DNA of 64,000 nucleotides from Octopus sinensis (GCF_006345805.1 NC_043002.1:61318001-61382000), one strand, 5' to 3'. Positions 49,621 through 62,737 are shown, counted from the stretch's first letter. The notes: generated from the sequence alone by a model not told the origin. Translations and numbers: made by a program.

Positions 49621-50384
49621 AGGTAAATTTTAGGGTCGCTTCAGTTGTACACGGGGAGCTTGATATTGTAGGAGCAGAATTGAAAATTCTTAATAAATTT
49701 TAAGACAATATCAGGGCCTGGCAAAGAGATCAGAAGAGTCCTTGGTACTCAGAGAAAGCTTAGTAAAACAGCTTGAAATTTGAGAGTGCCTCCGAAGTCA
49801 TTTCTGTTTGGACATCTAATAGACGTATTACACCACCAGGAACGGATGATGTGTACACAGAACAACAGAAGCAACAACAACAATTATAATATAAACAGCA
49901 ATAATAATAAACATATAAAACTGTAAATGTTTTTCTATGCAGGTATATCTATCTATGCATATATTGGTACGTGGTGGATGTACGTGTGTGTATATATGTA
50001 ACTATGATAGTTTGTTAGAAAGACACAACGACTAAATGTTTACATTGTTTTTTCAAGTGTTGGCTGTCTTAAATGCATGGTTTTGGGGCATAGCGTGTTA
50101 CACTAAAGACCTTAATATGGTGGGTTTGATTCCCAAAGCTGCAGTGTGCGTTGTCCTGAAGTGAAGCCTTTCGATTCACGGTGATCCATTCCAATCACAT
50201 GTAAATATGTAATTCTGAGACGGGTTGCGGAAATGATGGCCGGACAGCTACACTAATGTAGCATAAATTAGTCACGAATAAATATTCCAAATTCATGTGA
50301 AACAATAATTCGAGAAGAAATAAAAACTTCAAGATCCGAATATATTATATTATATTATATTATATGTGAAATATAGTAGATATC

Positions 50385-50770
50385 ATCGTTTTCACTTAAT
50401 TCCGTTCAGATTCATTTAGATATCTGGAAGATATTCGATGAGTTCAACAAAATTCTGTGTAGAATAGAATATACGATGACTGTAACATTGCAGCTATTGT
50501 GGTTTTGTGACAATATATATACACGTTGCTGGCGGAGATTTAAGTGGCGATCCAGAAGGCAATATTGAATTTTATAGCTAGCATTAGGGACGTAACAACA
50601 TTACACGTAAACATTTTGTTGTATAGAAAATCGATATATACATTTCTGCTTCCATAATGCAAAATCCTTGTTTTCAATACACCGAATTAATCCTCCTTAA
50701 GTGAAGTTTGCACTGTCCAGGTAATCTATATAATTGTGTTTTAACAATGTGGAAGTATATCCCCATCCAC
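50385..50770. repeat. Second copy of the 45085-45470 block
   Basis: See 45085-45470. Confidence 0.7.
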
Positions 50771-51987
50771 AATCATTACGATAACAGCTATACACACACA
50801 CGCACGCACACACCCAGACCCCAACACCACACCCGTATTGTAAGGAAACTAACGATATCAATTTTAATTTATACACCAAATCAAAACGGAGGAAGGGAGA
50901 TAACCCTTATTTAATTCCCTATTTTCATTCTAAAGGTAAATTTAAGTTTTTCAAAAATAACTACACTAAAAATAAGATAGCTAGTAGTAAAACCATTTGG
51001 TTAATTATTCTATACGGGAGGCAAATTAAATCTAATTTCCCATTGCAGTTTCCTGAAGCATTTATTAGGAATTTTACAAAGACTTTTAGGTATTACTCTT
51101 TTATAAAAACACATACCGCTGAGATTGGTTTTTCCAACACTAAAAATCTCTTACAAATTATCTCTTCACATAATAACAACTTGTAAAATAATAATACATT
51201 TACTAATACTATATAATATATATATTTATATGAGTGTATGCATATGTATGTTCAATTTTTTCTTCATTAGTATACTGTTTTATAGTATACTAATGACACT
51301 TACTATACTAATGACTACTTATTTATCTTACCCCGATATAACAGTCTCAATTGCTGGTCGGGTTTTGTAAATTTCAACTTACCAATTACAAAAGTGGAGG
51401 GGATAAACCACCTGCTATTAAATAAATAAATATAACACTTAATTGTTATATTTATCAAAACTATCAATTAGTATTACAAACATAATTATTATATAATAAA
51501 TTATTATGATTAATGTAAAATCTTATTGCATCTTCAGTCCTAGCCTGGCGAAAACCTATTGGCATATCCCACTGTTATCTTTTTGTTTTTTATTGTCCAT
51601 CAATCCTATAGCCGCCGTACAAATGATTAATCTACCAATTGTTACTTTTGGTTTAGTCATTTACTTATGGTCCAAAAGCGATACGCAAGAAAAATGTATG
51701 ATTACAACAATATACAAATGTTACCCTTTCCTTCTCTATTCTCTTCTTCTTTATTTATTCTTCACTATGATGAAAGTCAAAGTTCCAGATCTTTTTCATT
51801 ACCGTATATGATAAATATTTTTAGCATATCAATGGCAATACCATACAACACAGAAAGCAGAAACAGATGGTAGATGAGATGCGGTGTAATTGTTCTGAAT
51901 TAAATAATAATTGATGTAAGTCAATTGTTGTTCATCGATATTTCACCATGTTCTCTCTTCTTTATACATACAAATATATACATATAT

Positions 51988-52036
<49 letters not shown>

Positions 52037-52199
52037 AATATATATACATATATACATATACATACAAATATGTATATATGTATATATAAATATATATACA
52101 TATATACATATACATACATGCATACATACATATATATATATACATGCATATACACACACTCACACACACACACACGTATTTTTTTTTTTATTTTTACTT

Positions 52200-52600
52200 A
52201 TTTCAGTCATTTGACTGCGGCCATGCTGGGGCACCGCCTTTAGTCGAACAAATCGACCCCGGGACTTATTCTTTGTAAGCCCAGTACTTATTCTATCGGT
52301 CTCTTTTGCCGAACCGCTAAGTTACGGGGACGTAAACACACCAGCATCGGTTGTCAAGCAATGCTAGGGGGACAAACACAGACACAAACACACATACACA
52401 CACATATATATATATATATACATATATACAACAGACTTCTTTCAGTTTCCGTCTACCAAATCCACTCACAAGGCATTGGTCGGACCGGGGCTATAGCAGA
52501 AGACACTTGCCCAAGATGCCACGCAGTGGGACTGAACCCGGAACCATGTGGTTGGTTAGCAAGCTACTTACCACACAGCCACTCCTGCGCCTATAGCCAC
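52200..52600 (-). mobile_element. Well-preserved copy of the microsatellite-carrying SINE
   Basis: Reverse complement of the 4967 family including the head (gtggctgtgtggtaagtagctt...ggttccgggttcagtcc). Confidence 0.8.
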
Positions 52601-53068
52601 TCCTGCGCCTATTATATATATATATATGTATAAACATATATATATATGAAGTAAATCCTCAAATAATGGAGTACAAACACAAAAACAACGCAACAACGCA
52701 AGAACTTGGTGCCTGTAAATATTAGTAGAGGCTCAGGGAAGGATAGATAGTTGGATTAACGTTTCGAGCAACGCTCTTTTTCGGAATGTCCAATAGAAAG
52801 TTATACGGAGGAAGAAAATCGCCATCCATTCACATGTAGTTTTATATATACATTAAATTTAAATGTATATATACACTAAATATATACTTTAATTTCTGTA
52901 AAATTACACCACGAAATTCTTGATGTAGATCTAACAACGACCACATAGTTTTGCCGATGACGCCTCGTAAGTGGGGTTTACTCTGAAAATCGTTCGAATA
53001 CTGCGTTTACCTTCCACAACATGATGCATTAAATTCTAATTGGGACGTGTATATATATACATATATAC

Positions 53069-53111
<43 letters not shown>

Positions 53112-53689
53112 TCATACACACTAACGCACGCATATATATAAGTAACAAAGATGTATATGTGCAAATCTTTACGGCCGATTCAATCAACTCCTTTAATAGA
53201 TCAATGAAAACATTACATTGTTGCAAGGAAGAAAGAAACATTTTATTCAGATGACTGGAGATATGTTGATCTGATAAAACATCATTACATATTTAAACGG
53301 ATATAATTATTCTTGAAAAAACGGTTTTATGTTTCGTTTTTGGATTTGGTTTGCAAGTTACTTTATATTCGTTCGTGTGTTGAAGCATATTCTGTTGTGT
53401 CTGGGGAGAGTCATTATGTTTTTCTGCTTGATAATGTAACACACGCACCGGTAAAATTTCAATTTATTTCTTATTTTTAATTTGTCAAAAATTTCCGTTG
53501 CGTCTTGCTGGGGAAGCAGCTGTAATATATGAGATGCGTCATATGTTTGTATAAAGTATCTAAGTTGAATTTAATTTATAATTGTTCAAATTATGACATT
53601 GTTATATATCTCTTATTTAGTTTCATATATTAATAAACAGTGTGTTTAATATTTTTTACCTATTAGAATAACATTGTTATTGATATAGG

Positions 53690-54345
53690 TAATATAATGT
53701 TCTCGTCGATATCATCCCTGCAATATCTGCGCTTTCGAATTGCTCCACGTACCAAGTAGATAATTGCACTCCAAATAGGCGCCAAACATCTTTGTACAAT
53801 CTCATTTTCGCCGACATTATTCTTTCTTCTTTTATGTTGTATACTTTATATACCACTGTTCCCGCCATTAAAGTTTCTACTGTTACCTGCGGGGGTAATA
53901 ACTTTGTGGCGTTTCCATTTTCCTTAATTAGAGTTCAGTACTTGAAAAATTGTTCCTTAGTCACATTCATCTCTATTAAAATTCCGCCTACAGCAGCCGA
54001 AAGACTGGGCTTTTCTTTTTCTCCATTTTGTACAATTTCAACGTTAGCTGCCTTTACCATCGCAGGGAAATCCTGCTCAGACATTAAATTGGATTCCATT
54101 TTGCACAAACTTTTTTTCAGAAAAAATGACAAAAGTTTCAGAAATGAAAAAACTTAATATTTTACCCTGCAACGGACAAAGAATAATCGGAAAAAGTTGT
54201 CCAACAAAATTAATTATCACCAAAGCACAATTTTCTGCCTCGTAGGCAAATCAATAACAGTTTAGATCCAACAAGTATAATACGTGTTACAAATGGTGCA
54301 AAAACAATACACATAATAAACTCAAACACGCAGCAGCGAGATGTA
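53690..54345 (-). mobile_element. Second Tx1-like 5' UTR/ORF1 fragment, homologous to 42600-43315
   Basis: ESNLMSEQDFPAMVKAANVEIVQNGEKEKPSLSAAVGGILIEMNVTKEQFFKY aligns to the 42858-43061 product; shared 5' end acatctcg on the minus strand. Confidence 0.75.
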
Positions 54346-54614
54346 GCTGCATATTTTGAAATAATATTTGCATAAAATTAAAATACTTTTCATTTAATTT
54401 TCTCCCAAATGTAATTGCTCCCCTTACAGTCTCAATGACCGAAACAGGTACTGAAATGTTTTTTTAATAAAATTATTTTAGTAATTTCTACCTTGACTAT
54501 GTTTTCCATATATAGATATCAACTCGTGTGTTCTTTTTCAAACTTCTACACACGCACACACAGACAACACACACACACAAAGACACGCACACACACACAC
54601 ACGCGCGCGCGCGC

Positions 54615-54677
<63 letters not shown>

Positions 54678-54824
54678 AAATAAATATAAGAGAATGGTCA
54701 CTATGTGTCTCATTCTAGCACTAGAAAATCCAAAAGGTTTCAACCACAAAAATACATGTTTCACATGAAAGTCAGTACGATTGTTAGCTCACACGAACAG
54801 GGCAAATAAAAAATAACAAAAATA

Positions 54825-54919
54825 CAGATTATTTTGGGACAATTGTTTCGCTATTAATGAATTAAATGTAATTTTACTTACAAAAAACCCACTTGTAGCT
54901 CCTCAGCCAAAACTATCTG
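54825..54919 (-). ncRNA. Type I hammerhead ribozyme with fully canonical core
   Basis: cagatagTTTTGG CTGAGGA GCTA [42 nt] TAGC GAAA C AATT GTC|CCAAAAtaatctg; predicted cleavage between 54838 and 54837. Confidence 0.8.
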
Positions 54920-55339
54920 GATGAAATCCACTCAATCACACCAATATTACAAATGGTGATGCAGAAATCGATTTTAATTATTAAGAACATATATAAGATG
55001 ACAATATTACATGTGCAAACAATATGATATATATATATAGAGAGAGAAGGAGAGTAAGAGAGAAGAAGGAAAGAGGGGAGAGAAAGAGAGAAACGAGTAA
55101 GAGAGAAGAGGGACAGAGTAGGGGTGAAGAGAAGTCGAAGTGAAGAGAAGCAGGAGTGAAGAGAAGTAGGAGTTGGGGCAAGAGAAGAGAGTTGGATGGG
55201 GAGAGAGAAGAGAGAAAGAGAGTAAAAGAGAAAGAGAGGAGAGAGAAAGAGAGTGAGAAGAGGGGAAAAGAGTATGGGTGAAGAGAAGTAGGAGTGAAGA
55301 GAAGCAGAAGTCGCGGCAAGAGAGGAGAGTTAGGTGGGA

Positions 55340-56677
55340 TGAAGTAGGAGCGAGGGGGATTGAGGCAAGGAGAGGGGGTTAGATGGAGAGGGGAGGAGAG
55401 TTGAGCCTAAATGGCGTAAAGAAGCGAAGAGAGAAGATTAATCCCTGTTCACGGCGCAAACGGGCCTCAGGATGGCCTCTGTGCAAGGGCAATCCGAACT
55501 CAGACTGGTGTTGCAAAGAGTGACCGGTAGAGCGAAAATGGCGTGAGACCGGGGTGTCATTGCGGAGGCGGATGTCTAGGAAGTGTTCCGCGAAGGAATT
55601 GGGAATAGGGGATGGAAAGCTTGGTGTGTTTGGGGTGGGAGGAGGAGAATTTGAGGTATGAGTGTGAGTCTGTGTGTTTGTAGTGGATGGAGGTGGTAAG
55701 AGTGGCATGATGAATGCTGACTGAAATGTCAAGAAAGGAGACAGAGGTTCAGAGATAGTGCAGGAGAAGTGGAGTGTAGGATGGAAATATTTGAGGAGAG
55801 GAATGAGTCTAGATGTTCGCGAGAGAGTGAGGTGGCACCGATAAAGTCGTCAATATAACGGCCATATAGTTCGGGAGTGGGATCAGTGAAACTGGAGAAT
55901 ATTTGGGCCTCAACATAGCCAACGAACAGGTTTGCATTGTTGGGACCCATTCTCGTTCCCGTGGCCACTCCCGAGATTGCTGGAAGAATTTACCCGCGAA
56001 CGAGAAGCAGTTGAGTAAGCGGACAAGTTCGGCCAGACGAACGAGTGTGGAGGTGTTGTTTGGGGATTGGCTCGGAGGTCCAGGAAGTGTTGCAGTGCAC
56101 GCAGCCCCTCGTGGTGAGGGATCACAGTATAGAGGCTCTGGATGTCCAGTGTAAACAAAAGTTTGGAGGGACCAGGGGGGGAGAGAAAGAGTTGAATAGA
56201 CGAAGAGCATGGTTGGTGTCATAGATGTGAAAAGGGAGAGAAGCCACTTGGGGGGCAAGAACACGGTCGAGATATTTGGAGATAAGCTCGGTGGACCGGT
56301 TACAAGCGGAGACGATGGGGCGGCCAGGGTTGTGGGGTTTGTAGATTTGGGGGAGGACGTAACTGGTGGGGGTGCGTTGTTTCGGACAATGTAGTTGGAG
56401 GCGGTGTGGGGGAGACGGGAGGACGAAATGAGGTCAGTGATGGTAGAGGAGACCGTCTGTTGGTAGCTGGGCGTGGCGTCAGAGGAGAGTAGAAGGAGGT
56501 GTCAGGAGGTTGGCGGAGAGCATCGGCCTTGTAGAGATCCTCGCGCCATACCATCACTGCTCCACGCTTGTCGGCCGGTTTTATAGCGATGTCAGCGCGG
56601 CGTCGGAGGAAACAAAGAGACGAGAGTTCGGCTCGGGAGATGTTGAGACGACAGGGACGCCTGGAGAAGTTGAACCG

Positions 56678-56680
<3 letters not shown>
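55340..56680 (-). mobile_element. Penelope-like retroelement RT and GIY-YIG relic (frameshifted, deleted)
   Basis: FTLDIQSLYTVIPHHEG, GTRMGPNNANLF, YGRYIDD and AEHFLDIRLRNDTPVSRHF in successive minus-strand ORFs. Confidence 0.85.
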
Positions 56681-56716
<36 letters not shown>

Positions 56717-56774
56717 CATATGTACATATATATATAGAGAGAGGTAGATAGATAGAGAGATAGATAAATATATA

Positions 56775-58349
56775 CGAGGGGCGTTCAATAAGTAATGTCT
56801 CTGACCCACTTGCCCTTGTTTGATCTAGCTGAAATTTGGCATGTGCAATTATTATGTTTTTATAGATTACATGGCAAATTACAGCTCTGAACTAATTGTA
56901 GTTTCTGATTTACAGGTGTTTGAAATGAGTCAAGTGGGAAATGGAGCCTGTTGAGTGTCGAGCAGTGATCCGGTTTTTGTATTTGAAATGACGCACACCA
57001 CAGGAGAATTTTGATGAAATGAAAGTAACTTATGGTGATGATGCCCCATCATATGACCTTGTCATGTGAGGGCGCGTGGCTTAGTGGTTAGGGCATTCGG
57101 CTCATGATCGTAAGGTTGTGAGTTCGATTCCCGGCGACGCGTTGTGTCCTTGAGCAAGACACTTTATTTCACGTTGCTCCAGTCCACTCAGCTGGCAAAA
57201 ATGAGTTGTACTTGTATTTCAAAAGGTCAGCCTTGTCACTCTCTGTGTCACGCTGATTATCCCCGAGAACTACGTTAAGGGTACACGTGTCTGTGGAATG
57301 CTCAGCCATTTGCACGTTAATTTCACGAGCAAGCTGTTCCGTTGATCGTATCAGCTGGGACCCTCGTCGTCGTAACCGGCGGAGTCTTTAATATGACCTT
57401 GTAAAACGCTGGCATCGTGAATTCAAACATGGTCGGAACTCTGTGGAAACAGCTCCCAGATCTGGTCGCACCCCTTCTGCCATTGATGAGGCATCTTTCC
57501 GTCAAGCTGAGGCTGCCATTTTAAAAGATCGACGCATAACTATTCGCCAAATAGCCCATGCAAAAGGTGTCTTCCAGATGGATTCTCAGGTTGCTCACAC
57601 TTTTCCAGAAGCAAGAACGCGTCGAGTGCTCGAGGATAAACTTAGGGATGTGCCAAGAAGATGAATCAAAATTTTTCAAAAGACTGATTACAAAGGATGA
57701 GACCTGGGTCCATCACTATGATCCAGAGACCAAAGCCCAGTCAATGCAGTGGAAGCACCATGACTCACCTCCTCTAAAGAAGGCAAGGGTGCAGTCCTCC
57801 GCTGGCAAGGTCATGCTCACAGTCTTCTGGGACCAGGACGGAGTAGTGATGACAGATTTCCTGGCAAAGGGTACCACAATTACAGGAGCCTATCATGCTT
57901 CACTTTTGAGGAAATTAAGAGAAGCTATCAAAACCAAGAGGCGGGGCAAGATCAGCAAAGGCATCCTCCTCTTGCAGGACAACGCTCCGGTCCACAACTC
58001 GCGTGTCGCAAGATCAGAAGCACAGGCGTGCGGCTATGAACTCTTCCCCCATCCTCCTACTCTCCTGACCTTGCACCCTCTGATTTTTACCTCTTCCCAG
58101 CCATTAAGTTGTTTTTGAAAGGAAAGCATTTCCCAGATGATGCAGCCTTGATTTCCGAAGTCACGTCGTGGTTGGAGGACCAAGCTGGGGTCCTCTACGA
58201 AAACGGTCTCCAGAGCTGCATCAAACAATGGGAGAAATGCGTAACTCTGGGATGTTCTTATGTAGAAAAAGACTAATAACTGTGCCAAGTTTCGTTGCTC
58301 TACTGCTATGGGAAGTGGATCAGGGGCATTACTTAATGAACGCCCCTCG
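56775..58349 (+). mobile_element. Mariner (DD34D) copy 2, with SINE insertion and 56-bp deletion
   Basis: Same TIRs as 30948-32239, TA-flanked; ITKDETWVHHYD and LLQDNAPVH; the frame is broken near the YSPDLAPSD region. Confidence 0.95.
57063..57390 (+). mobile_element. Full-length tRNA-derived SINE inserted into mariner with 12-bp TSD
   Basis: TSD atatgaccttgt at 57051-57062 and 57391-57402; A box tggcttagtgg, B box gttcgattcc; central gtgtccttgagcaagacac. Confidence 0.9.
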
Positions 58350-58703
58350 TAGATAGATAGAAAGATTGACAGGTATATATAGGAGAAGGAGAAAGGAAGA
58401 AATGCGTAGGTTATGAATATTGATTGAGTGGATTTCATCCAGATTGAGTGGATTTCATCCAGATAGTTTTGGCTGAGGAGCTCAATTATACATATACGCA
58501 TAAATAGATATACATACATTATATACATGTATATATATATATGCATTATATATATACATTATATATATAGATTCTATATATATACAATAATATATACATT
58601 CTTATATATATATATATAAATTATATGTAGGTCCCGGGTTGATTCGGGGTTAACCACAGTAAATAAGGTATCATACATAGCAGAGTAAAATTAATTTTAT
58701 ATA

Positions 58704-58799
58704 GAAGGAGCTCTACAGGACTAGAACTGTTTCATTCAAGAGAAATCTTCTGAAGATTTCTCTTGAATGAAACAGTTCTAGTCCTGTAGAAGCTCCTTC
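58704..58799. repeat. Near-perfect 96-bp palindrome with 1-nt centre
   Basis: gaaggagctctacaggactagaactgtttcattcaagagaaatcttc-t-gaagatttctcttgaatgaaacagttctagtcctgtagaagctccttc. Confidence 0.9.
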
Positions 58800-58807
58800 C
58801 ATAATAA

Positions 58808-58873
<66 letters not shown>

Positions 58874-59030
58874 GTATATTAAAGAAATACAATTTTAAGT
58901 AGTGATTGTTAACTTTAACAATACCCAGAAACCGGCTGGAAATAAAGTGCTCTAATTGAGCTAATTTCCAGTTTATGATTTCAATGGAGGCAATACCAGT
59001 AGATTTGGGGGATTTGCTAGCAATAAAGTA

Positions 59031-59504
59031 AAGTGTAATTGTAGGGAACCTTCAAAATGTCCGGTTAGCGGAAATTGTTGCCAGAATAATGTAATCTACA
59101 AATGTAACGTACAAATCAATAATGGCCAAAGAAAAACCTATATCGGGTGTACGACAGACTTCAATCAAAGGTATAGGGGCCACCTTAGTTCCTTTAAAAA
59201 TCCAAAATATAGGACATCCACCGCTTCAGCGACTTTTATAAACGACCTTACGGAAAAGTGTATAGAATTCAAATTATCGTGGTCCATCCTAGCTCATGCC
59301 CCTCCCTTTGGAATCGGAACCACTAGATGTGGATTATGCATTAGAGAGGCATCCTTTATTTTGAAGAATTACAATCATGGTATGCTAAATAAAATTCCTG
59401 ATGCAATTCAGGCTTGCACACATAAGATACACTCGATGTTTTTAAAGAAATTTAAAAACAAAAATAAATATAAAGATGAGATTAAAAGTAATAATAAGTC
59501 ATAA
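59031..59504 (+). mobile_element. Penelope-clade GIY-YIG endonuclease domain, open frame absent from the ORF track
   Basis: Manual translation: KCNCREPSKCPVSGNCCQNNVIYKC...TYIGCTTDFNQRYRGHLSSF...WSIL...CGLCIREA...LNK...CTHK, with no stop until 59502. Confidence 0.8.
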
Positions 59505-59859
59505 AATTAATTCGCAGTAAGAATAATGATAATAATTTAAATTTCAAATCTAAAATCTGTAATTGCAAATTTAAAATGTAATTGAAAATAATATATTCAA
59601 TGAAGAAAATATTAGTAGGTAGTATTTTATGTTGGTAAGGAGTTAATTGGTGTGATTTGAACTAGGATAGCTGACTTCAGATAAACATTGGAATGGAATT
59701 AAAAATAAAATTTTAAAAATACGATAATAGAATGGTCTGAACTATAGTATAATATAATATTATATATATATATATAAATGTATATATATGTCCATGTATA
59801 TATATATATATTATATATATATAATATATTATATATATATATATATAATATATATATAT

Positions 59860-60720
59860 AATTAATCATATAGGGTGGCAAGGAAAATTTTGTAGAATTT
59901 TATTGCCACCAGCGGCCCAGTAGGAAAAAATTAAATAGTCATAGACCATTTTTAAGTTAAACATAACAATTAAGGAACGGCCATAATAGGCCATTCACCC
60001 ACTAGAAATAACAGCCAAAGCTTCTACCGCAAATAAAGATTAATTCCGTAAACAGGAGAAAATTAGTTTACCATTAAACAGCGGATGAAACGGTATACCG
60101 TACAAGAAATTACAGGGTAAATGTTTTTTTAATTTTCTCCTGTTTACGGAATAATCTTTATTTGCGGTAGAAGCTTTGGCTGTTATTTCTAGTGGGTGAA
60201 TGGCCTATTATGGCCGTTCCTTAATTGTTAATGTTGAACTTAAAAATGGTCTATGACTATTTAATTTTTTCCTACTGGGCCGCTGGTGGCAATAAAATTC
60301 TACAAAATTTTCCTTGCCACCCTATATTGATTAATTATGAATTTTTTGGTTAATTCCGTAATGGAATCGACGGCTGATATTTATTTGCTGCCGATAAATT
60401 TGGCGCGAGTGCGACGATTTGAAAATTTTAGGTCAGATATTGCCTTGGCAAGATTGGGTATGCCTCGTGTAAATATCTGTTCCGACTTGAGCTATTTCTT
60501 GCTGAAGAATCCGAGGGCTTATGGAAGATTGGCTTGATTTAATTTAATCAGGTTAGTTTACCATTAAACAGCGGATGAAACGGTATACCGTACAAGAAAT
60601 TACAGGTAATGTTTTTTTAATTTTCTCCTGTTTACGGAATTAATCTTTATTTGCGGTAGAAGCTTTGGCTGTTATTTCTAGTGGGTGAATGGCCTATTAT
60701 GGCCGTTCCTTAATTGTTAA
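59860..60720. repeat. Fold-back (arms 59860-60065 and 60130-60337, 64-nt spacer) plus a second spacer+arm copy at 60553-60720
   Basis: Read directly; lies just 3' of the GIY-YIG fragment, consistent with an inverted pLTR. Confidence 0.9.
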
Positions 60721-61531
60721 TATATATATATATATGTATATATGTATATATGTATATATAGATATATGTATATATATATATTATATATATATATATATTA
60801 TATATATATATATATGTATGTATATATGTATATATATATTATATATATGTATATATATATATGTATATATATGTATGTATATATATATATATATATATGT
60901 ATAATATATGTATGTATGTATATATATATGTATTTATATATATATATATAAAATATATATGTATATATATATATTATATATATACATATATATATACACA
61001 TGTTTATATATATATATATTATATTATATATATATATATATATAATATAATATATATATACATATATATATATATGACAAAGTAATGTTTTAAGATACCG
61101 CAGGAGTGGACATATATATAAAAGACAGTTTGTATTGCGAATTTTTTGTAAACTTTTAAAGATATCTCCTTCTGTGTTTATATACACTACCAAACAGCAT
61201 GATTTTTATTGAACTCCTAATAATTTTTGTTGAATATTTTCGTAAATACTTTCTTGTAAACAGTTTTAACATTTTGTTATTATTATCAAAGAATGTATAT
61301 AAATATTTTAATACTTTTGTGTCAACCAGTACTTAATACAATAAACCTTATACAAATCTTTACAGTTTACTTTTGACACTATTTTTCTGAAAAAAAGAAA
61401 ACGGTCAAGTGAATAAACCTTCTTATATATATATATATATATATATATAATAACAATTTAACAATAACACATATTCATACATATATGTACATACCTACAT
61501 CTATATGTATATATACATGCATATATATACA

Positions 61532-61581
<50 letters not shown>

Positions 61582-62572
61582 ATGTACAGACAACCACAAA
61601 CAAACGTCTTTTTTAACAACGAAAAACTAAGTACAAGACAAACAATACAAGGAATATTCCCTTTCATCAGCTGTCCCTGGTTCGACTCAATGCGTGTTTC
61701 GAAGGTAAGGGCAGAACACGATCCGGCCGAAACAGTCCTTCCTGCAAAATGAATTTTAAAAAATTCTTTTGCAGAGGGGTAAAAAAAAGTGACGAGAACA
61801 GGACGTAAAATAATACAAATAGATAGAAATACAGTACACATAAAGAATAAAAACAGGACAAGGAAACCAACAATATATATATATATACATAGGCAAGTAT
61901 ATAATTTTTACAAATACGAATAATTCGTTGAAAGTGCCAAAATACTGAGTGGCGCACTGGCACAGTTTAGACCTGTTGTGGTCAATCGCAGTTGTGGTAC
62001 ACATGTCCGAATTTCTAATAGTTACATGGATTTGGAGATATTGTCTAGGTAAATTTTAATAACACACTTTTTCTTACCAAGCAGTCGTTTGCTCTGAAGA
62101 AAAACATCATTTGAAGTCAACATTGATTATCCAGACGTAATTTTACATTTCATTTAGGTCATCATGTACCATTGCAGTGATATCTGCCAGATATTCGATG
62201 TCATGCCTGGTTAAGTAGTCATGGCTGGTATCAATGATTTCAATTGAGTGTGGGATGTTGGAGGAGTTCACTGATGAAGATGCTCTTTATATTGGTGTAG
62301 CAGCTATATGATAATATTAATTGAGCGTCTCTTCTAAATCATATAAGTATTCTTTTCTGGGAAAATGAATAAAACTCTCTATTGTCCAATGCCTTGTAGA
62401 ACACAGAGGGGTTTTGACAAAAATTCCATACAATAGAAATAAGAATTAATAATTGTTAAATTAAACTCCAAATACGATCATGTTGATAATAAAAGTAGAA
62501 TTATGAATATGTGTCTCTATAAGTGTGTGAGACTGAAAATATTACGTATATATATATATATATATATATATC

Positions 62573-62609
<37 letters not shown>

Positions 62610-62737
62610 GTGTGTATGTTTGTGTATGTTTATGTGTGTATGTGTGTGTGTGACTGCGTGCTTGTTTAGAAATATTTAGATATAGTTAACAGTATTGAAA
62701 ACTTAAGAAGTAACTATAATCGAAACGTGTTTAATTA

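Noticed and set aside
57068-57140. Possible tRNA gene (CAT-like anticodon loop)
   Set aside because: The acceptor stem does not close, and it is the head of a TSD-flanked SINE.
60075-60125. cggatga...cggtataccg...gaaattacagg as a hammerhead
   Set aside because: U4 is changed to G, stem II is not flush with the core, and the cleavage position is G or unpaired.
61655-61740. Minus-strand CTGATGA with nearby GAAAC (possible type II hammerhead)
   Set aside because: Stems I and II do not pair adjacent to the core.
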